Source: Terriglobia bacterium (GTDB taxonomy: Bacteria; Acidobacteriota; Terriglobia; 20CM-2-55-15). Taken from it: a stretch of DNA of 64,000 nucleotides. The DNA is taken from positions 53,844-117,843 of the forward strand of contig CAXWPJ010000001.1 in NCBI GenBank assembly GCA_963664115.2. The letters run 5' to 3'. The position numbers were made by a program, and so were the translations under genes. A model generated the notes under the pieces. It saw nothing but the letters and a program-made list of their open reading frames with translations, searched no databases and had not been told where the DNA came from. This document shows positions 59,506 through 64,000 of the stretch, piece by piece (position 1 is the stretch's first letter; each line of letters opens with the position of its first letter).

Positions 59506-60381
59506 ATGCGACCGATGCAACCAGACGAGCGACTCGAATACTCTGCAATCGTTGACCGGCCTCCGCCGAAGCTCCCTGACGGCGCTCGCATGATCGTTTG
59601 GACAATCGTCAACGTCGAAGTGTGGGACAGCATGAACGTCATGCCGCGCACGGTTCTTACGCCTCCGGCCGGTGGGGCGCCCATTCCCGATATCCCGAAC
59701 TGGGCATGGCATGAATACGGAAATCGAGTCGGTTTCTGGCGAATCAAAGACATCCTGGATGCGCACGAGGTCCGTGCCACGCTCGCGTTGAACGGCAGTG
59801 TCTGTACGACGTATCCCCGGATTGCAGAGGCCGCTCTGGAATCAAACTGGGAATTTATGGGCCACGGGTATTCACAAAAGAACATGCAGAAGGTTGATGA
59901 CGAACGGCTGGATATCCAAAAAACTCGAGATGCGATCGAAAAATTCACTGGAAAGGTGCCGCGAGGTTGGTTGGGTCCGGGTCTCACCGAGACCTTTGAA
60001 ACCGTGGATCTGTTGAAGGAGGAGGGCTTCGAATACGTTGCGGACTGGGTCCTGGACGATCAGCCTGTCGAGCTGAAAACGCGCGCGGGAAACCTCGTCA
60101 ACGTGCCCTACACACAGGAAATAAACGATGTCGCAATGATGCTCATTCAGCACCACAAAGCGTCAGAATATGCAAATCGCGCACTCGATCAATTTGAAAC
60201 GCTCTATGAAGACTCCCTGAAGCAACCCCGCGTCATGGCCATCGTCTGCCATCCCTATATTGTAGGTGTGCCACACCGCATAAAGTACTTCCGCAAGATC
60301 TTCGAGACGATTCGTCAAAAGCCAGGTGTTCTTTTCTGGACCGGAGAACAGATTCTGGATTGGTACCAGAGTCTGAAATGA
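59506..60381 (+). CDS. polysaccharide deacetylase family protein (PuuE-like)
   Basis: NVE.W, EYGNRVG.WR, EFMGHG, PRGWLGP, DDQP, HPYIVG.PHR. Confidence 0.85.
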   Translation: MRPMQPDERLEYSAIVDRPPPKLPDGARMIVWTIVNVEVWDSMNVMPRTVLTPPAGGAPIPDIPNWAWHEYGNRVGFWRIKDILDAHEVRATLALNGSVCTTYPRIAEAALESNWEFMGHGYSQKNMQKVDDERLDIQKTRDAIEKFTGKVPRGWLGPGLTETFETVDLLKEEGFEYVADWVLDDQPVELKTRAGNLVNVPYTQEINDVAMMLIQHHKASEYANRALDQFETLYEDSLKQPRVMAIVCHPYIVGVPHRIKYFRKIFETIRQKPGVLFWTGEQILDWYQSLK

Positions 60382-60414
60382 GCTGCCGCACTGTTGGTTG
60401 GGCGCGACGTGGCT

Positions 60415-60500
60415 CTGGAGGGAGTCTGCGTCACCCTCAACAGTCAGCGATTATATTTGTGGCCTGCAGTGGATCAAGACCCTGATGTGACTGACGCCCT
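60415..60500 (+). pseudogene. IS6-family transposase relic
   Basis: VTLNSQRLYLWPAVDQDPDVTDAL resembles the IS6 YLWRAVDxxGxxLD motif. Confidence 0.6.
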
Positions 60501-60563
60501 GCCTCCAGTCGTCGCACCACCGGCCGGAGCTTTGACGCTCTGCCAGACTACTCAGGAGACGGA

Positions 60564-62225
60564 ATGGAGATTCTGATCGAGACTTTAACGGCCGTGCTTT
60601 TGGTTGCCGGACTGGGCTTCGGGCTCCAGCATGGTGATCGGCCGGCTCCAAATAGCAGCGGCACGCGATCTCCTGTGCTCGGGCTGAACGGGATGGTCGC
60701 GACGAGCCAACCCCTGGCGTCGGCTGCTGCGCTGAGAATTCTGCAGGAAGGCGGCAACGCCGTCGATGCAGCCATTACGGCCGCCGCGGTCCTCAACGTT
60801 GTCGAACCGCCGATGACCGGTATCGGCGGAGACATGTTCGCTCTCCTGTTCATGCAAGAAGAGGGGAAGCTGACTGCACTCAATGGCAGCGGATGGGCCG
60901 GATCGAAGGCAACAATCGATCACTTCAAATCGCAGGACATGAACAGCATTCCAGATGGAATGGCTTCTGTTTCGGTTCCCGGGGCGGTTGCGGGTTGGTT
61001 CAAACTTCATACGCGCTACGGCAAGCTGCCAATGTCTCGCCTTCTGGGGCCCGCCATCGGATACGCCGAAAATGGATTTCCGGTATCGGAAATCATTGCG
61101 GGTCAGTGGCACGACACTGAAGAAAAGCTTCGCGAGAATGAGGCCGCCGCCGGCACTTACCTCATCGACGGCCGGGCACCGCGTCATGGCGAGGTGTTTC
61201 GATCGGCCGACATTGCCAGAACATTTCACCTGCTGGTGGACGAGGGCCGGGATGCGTTCTACAAGGGCGAGATTGCACGGAAAATCGTGGCGACGTCGGA
61301 CGCGCTCGGTGGATTCCTCACGCTTGCCGACTTTGCGGAATTCGACGCGCAGTGGGTGGAACCGGTGTCAACAAACTATCGTGGATACGATGTATACGAA
61401 CTGCCGCCAAACACACAGGGAGTCATCGCCCTCGAAATGCTCAACATCCTGGAAAACTTCGATCTGAAAGCTTTGGGGCACAATTCGGTGGACTACCTTC
61501 ACACCCTGACCGAGGCAAAGAAGCTGGCATTCGCGGATCGCGATTTCTTCATTGCCGATCCGGATCTTGTGGACCTGCCCACCGAAAGGCTGATCTCGAA
61601 GCAATACGGCCGCGAACGCCAAAGGCTGATCGATCCCGACAGGGCTCAGGCAGAGGTCTCACCGGGAAATTCCGAAGCAGGCGACACGGTGTACCTGAGC
61701 GTGGTCGACCGCGATCGAAACGCCGTATCCTTCATCAACAGCTTGTTTTTCTCCTTCGGATCGGGAGTCGTAGCGGATGGCACGGGTATCATGCTCCACA
61801 ACAGAGGCGGATCGTATTCTCTGGACCCGACGCACCGCAACAGCCTGGCTCCAAGGAAACGTCCCTTCCATACGCTTGTGCCGGCGATGATCCTCAAGGA
61901 CGGCCAGCCGTTCTTCTCTTTCGGTGTTATGGGAGGCGACATGCAGCCCCAGGGACATGTTCAGGTCGTCGCGAACATCGTCGATTTCGGAATGGATGCG
62001 CAACACGCCGGGGAAGCCCCACGCTTCCGTCACTCCAGCGAAGGCCTGGCTCTGGAATCTGCTATTGATGGAGACGTGCGAGCTGGCCTGGCCCGGAAGG
62101 GCCATCGCATCATCGACCAGTTCGGCGCTTACGGGGGTTATCAGGGCATCCTGATCGATCCCGAAAACGGCGTACTGATGGGCGGTTCCGACCCACGAAA
62201 AGATGGGCAGGCGCTGGGTTGGTAG
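60564..62225 (+). CDS. ggt: gamma-glutamyltransferase
   Basis: GGNAVDAA, GIGGD.F, VPGAV, nucleophile Thr in GDTVY, KRPFHT, GVMGG, DPRKDG. Confidence 0.93.
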   Translation: MEILIETLTAVLLVAGLGFGLQHGDRPAPNSSGTRSPVLGLNGMVATSQPLASAAALRILQEGGNAVDAAITAAAVLNVVEPPMTGIGGDMFALLFMQEEGKLTALNGSGWAGSKATIDHFKSQDMNSIPDGMASVSVPGAVAGWFKLHTRYGKLPMSRLLGPAIGYAENGFPVSEIIAGQWHDTEEKLRENEAAAGTYLIDGRAPRHGEVFRSADIARTFHLLVDEGRDAFYKGEIARKIVATSDALGGFLTLADFAEFDAQWVEPVSTNYRGYDVYELPPNTQGVIALEMLNILENFDLKALGHNSVDYLHTLTEAKKLAFADRDFFIADPDLVDLPTERLISKQYGRERQRLIDPDRAQAEVSPGNSEAGDTVYLSVVDRDRNAVSFINSLFFSFGSGVVADGTGIMLHNRGGSYSLDPTHRNSLAPRKRPFHTLVPAMILKDGQPFFSFGVMGGDMQPQGHVQVVANIVDFGMDAQHAGEAPRFRHSSEGLALESAIDGDVRAGLARKGHRIIDQFGAYGGYQGILIDPENGVLMGGSDPRKDGQALGW

Positions 62226-62484
62226 TGTCAACCCACAGGTCCCTCTAGCATCCCCGCAGTGCTGAAGATCTGAATGAACGGATGACGGTGCCTTAGAGTC
62301 GGTTGTCGCCCCTCCTGTCCTCCGGTCCTCAACAGCCGGACCCCAGTCCTGGTGTCGGGGTGCTGGACGCCTTCAGAAATAAACTCGCTGCGACGGGCAG
62401 TCCGGTGTAATATCGGGTCATTCTGCACAGCCAAACAGACTAGAGATTCGTCACCCAGGGGTGGGGAGTTCGGGAGGACCAACG

Positions 62485-63126
62485 ATGCGCCTGTATCCAG
62501 TCATCGCAGCGGCGTTAAGCCTGTTTATTTCGTGCCCTTTGTTCGCGCAAGGCTGGATCGAGTTTGCCAGCCGGGAGGATTTCTTCACCGTCAATTTCCC
62601 GGGTGAGCCAGCGGTCGGAGACATCACCTACGACACGGAATATTTCATCGCCCTGCCGGGACGTGTCTATAGTTACGAGTCCGGCGCCAGCCGCTACTCG
62701 GTCACGGTGGTTAATTACGCGGACGCCGCTGAAAGACACGCAGAGCGAGTCGTCGACTGCCTCGCTGCTCTGGGAGATGGGGACAGTTGCAACAACCGAA
62801 CGCAAACCGATATACGGGGAGCGCTCGACTACGCGACGTGGAATTTCCTTCAAAGGGAGGCTGATCTGACGCATTTTGTGTACTATATCGCGGACTACGT
62901 TGTAGGACGTACGTTTCACCTCACCAACACCGATGGCTCACGCACATTCGCCGCAGTCAATATGCACGAAGACCGTCTCTATATGCTGGAGGGAACCGTG
63001 CCCGCGGATTCACCGCCGCCGTTGCTGTTCCAGCAATCGTTGGGATTCCTCGACTCCGAGGGCAAAAGAATCCGCTACGCGACGCCGTATTCCAACGGAT
63101 ATCCAGCACCCCCCCGTACCCGATGA
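62485..63126 (+). CDS. exported hypothetical protein
   Basis: GGAGG RBS, signal peptide ending AQ, F.VNFPG.P, FQQSL. Confidence 0.65.
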   Translation: MRLYPVIAAALSLFISCPLFAQGWIEFASREDFFTVNFPGEPAVGDITYDTEYFIALPGRVYSYESGASRYSVTVVNYADAAERHAERVVDCLAALGDGDSCNNRTQTDIRGALDYATWNFLQREADLTHFVYYIADYVVGRTFHLTNTDGSRTFAAVNMHEDRLYMLEGTVPADSPPPLLFQQSLGFLDSEGKRIRYATPYSNGYPAPPRTR

Positions 63127-63342
63127 CCCCGGGCCGAACGACTCGATAGTAAGTGATTGATTTTATTTATGAACTCGATTGCCCCGGCTCGGAGCTCTGT
63201 TCCTCGAATCCTTAGTGCATCTCACCCGGCCGTATTCCCGTTGCCGGAGCCTCGCTGTTGCCGCATACTCTCCTCTTAAGAGCTTGGTTTCGAGGCTTGC
63301 TTGAACCGCAGTTTTTCGAATCCTGAACGCAAGAGGTGCTTC

Positions 63343-63759
63343 ATGAGCATGGACCGACGTGTTGCTGCTGTGGCTCTTCCCCTGGTTTCTATAGTCCTTG
63401 GCCCGATGGTTGCATCCGCCCACCACTCCACCGCGGGCTACGACCTGGAGCATACGATTGCAATGACGGGAGTCGTTACGGAATTCAACTGGATTAACCC
63501 CCACACCTTCCTTGTCTGGGTGGTCACGGACGCAGACGGAAACGAGGTGGAGTGGACGGGTGAAATGCTGTCCATACAGACGGTAACGAGTTGGGGCTTG
63601 ACCCGCAGATCTTTCGAGGCGGGAGACCAGGTGAGGGTTACCGGCTTTCCTTCAAGGACGGGTACGCCTCACAGCATGATTCAGAAAATCGTGATGACTG
63701 CGGACGGCAGCGTTGTGGTGGATCGAACCGGGAACGAAGACCCCGACGGAATTCCCTAG
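63343..63759 (+). CDS. exported DUF6152-like protein (paralog of 15161-15676)
   Basis: AHHS, GVVTEFNWINPH, W.GE. Confidence 0.75.
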   Translation: MSMDRRVAAVALPLVSIVLGPMVASAHHSTAGYDLEHTIAMTGVVTEFNWINPHTFLVWVVTDADGNEVEWTGEMLSIQTVTSWGLTRRSFEAGDQVRVTGFPSRTGTPHSMIQKIVMTADGSVVVDRTGNEDPDGIP

Positions 63760-63867
63760 ACTCACAATTGGGGCCTTGTCGATGGGAGTGCGGCAGAGCC
63801 ACTGTGTGTTGCGAGCACCCTTGGGTGGCCGAGCGCTGAGTCTTCAGCAATTGGGGAGAAACGACCG

Positions 63868-64000
63868 ATGCGAAAGCGAAATTTTATCTCGATGACCGTA
63901 GGGGTGATTTTGTGGGCTTATTCGCCGGCCGCGTCCGCTCAGACTTCGGAACGTCCCACCTGGAAACCCTGTGCACAATGTATTGATGATGCGACCACAG
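63868..64000 (+). CDS. exported hypothetical protein (5' part only)
   Basis: GGAG RBS; MRKRNFISMTVGVILWAYSPAASAQ signal peptide, CAQC; open to the window end. Confidence 0.55.
   Translation, partial: MRKRNFISMTVGVILWAYSPAASAQTSERPTWKPCAQCIDDATT

Noticed and set aside
1-64000. CRISPR array, rRNA, prophage or intact defence system
   Set aside because: No regularly spaced repeats, cas genes, rRNA signatures or phage structural genes were seen.

Overview
This is a GC-rich bacterial chromosome segment, probably from Acidobacteriota. That assignment is inferred from an acidobacterial-type VWA protein, DUF6152-like proteins and Ser/Thr-kinase remnants. Bases 1-35100 are mostly housekeeping: dxr-cdsA-uppS-truA, pilD with three minor pilins, menG/ubiE-aroB, ctpA, tatAC, tRNA-Ala, map, mpl-ldcA, gcvT-H-PA-PB, a moaD-moaE fusion, ribA and mazG. 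From about 35.1 kb two accessory regions (about 35.1-45.7 kb, and 49.2 kb to the end, downstream of tRNA-Asp) surround a small core block (ribF, glutaredoxin-like, bshB1, M48 peptidase). They contain two inverted, apparently identical 2479-bp elements, each encoding a Xer-like tyrosine recombinase and an IS91-family HUH transposase. They also hold an IS1380-family element with a CTAG duplication, IS3 and IS6 relics, and kinase fragments. The most notable unexplained signal is a family of ~34-bp palindromic dif/lox-like sites (14-6-14) at 36450, 38972 and 54823, with degenerate copies at 41543 and 49907. These sit at cargo-gene junctions and next to both recombinase/IS91 elements, suggesting a site-specific gene-cassette system. 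All calls come from motif recognition by eye; no searches were run.
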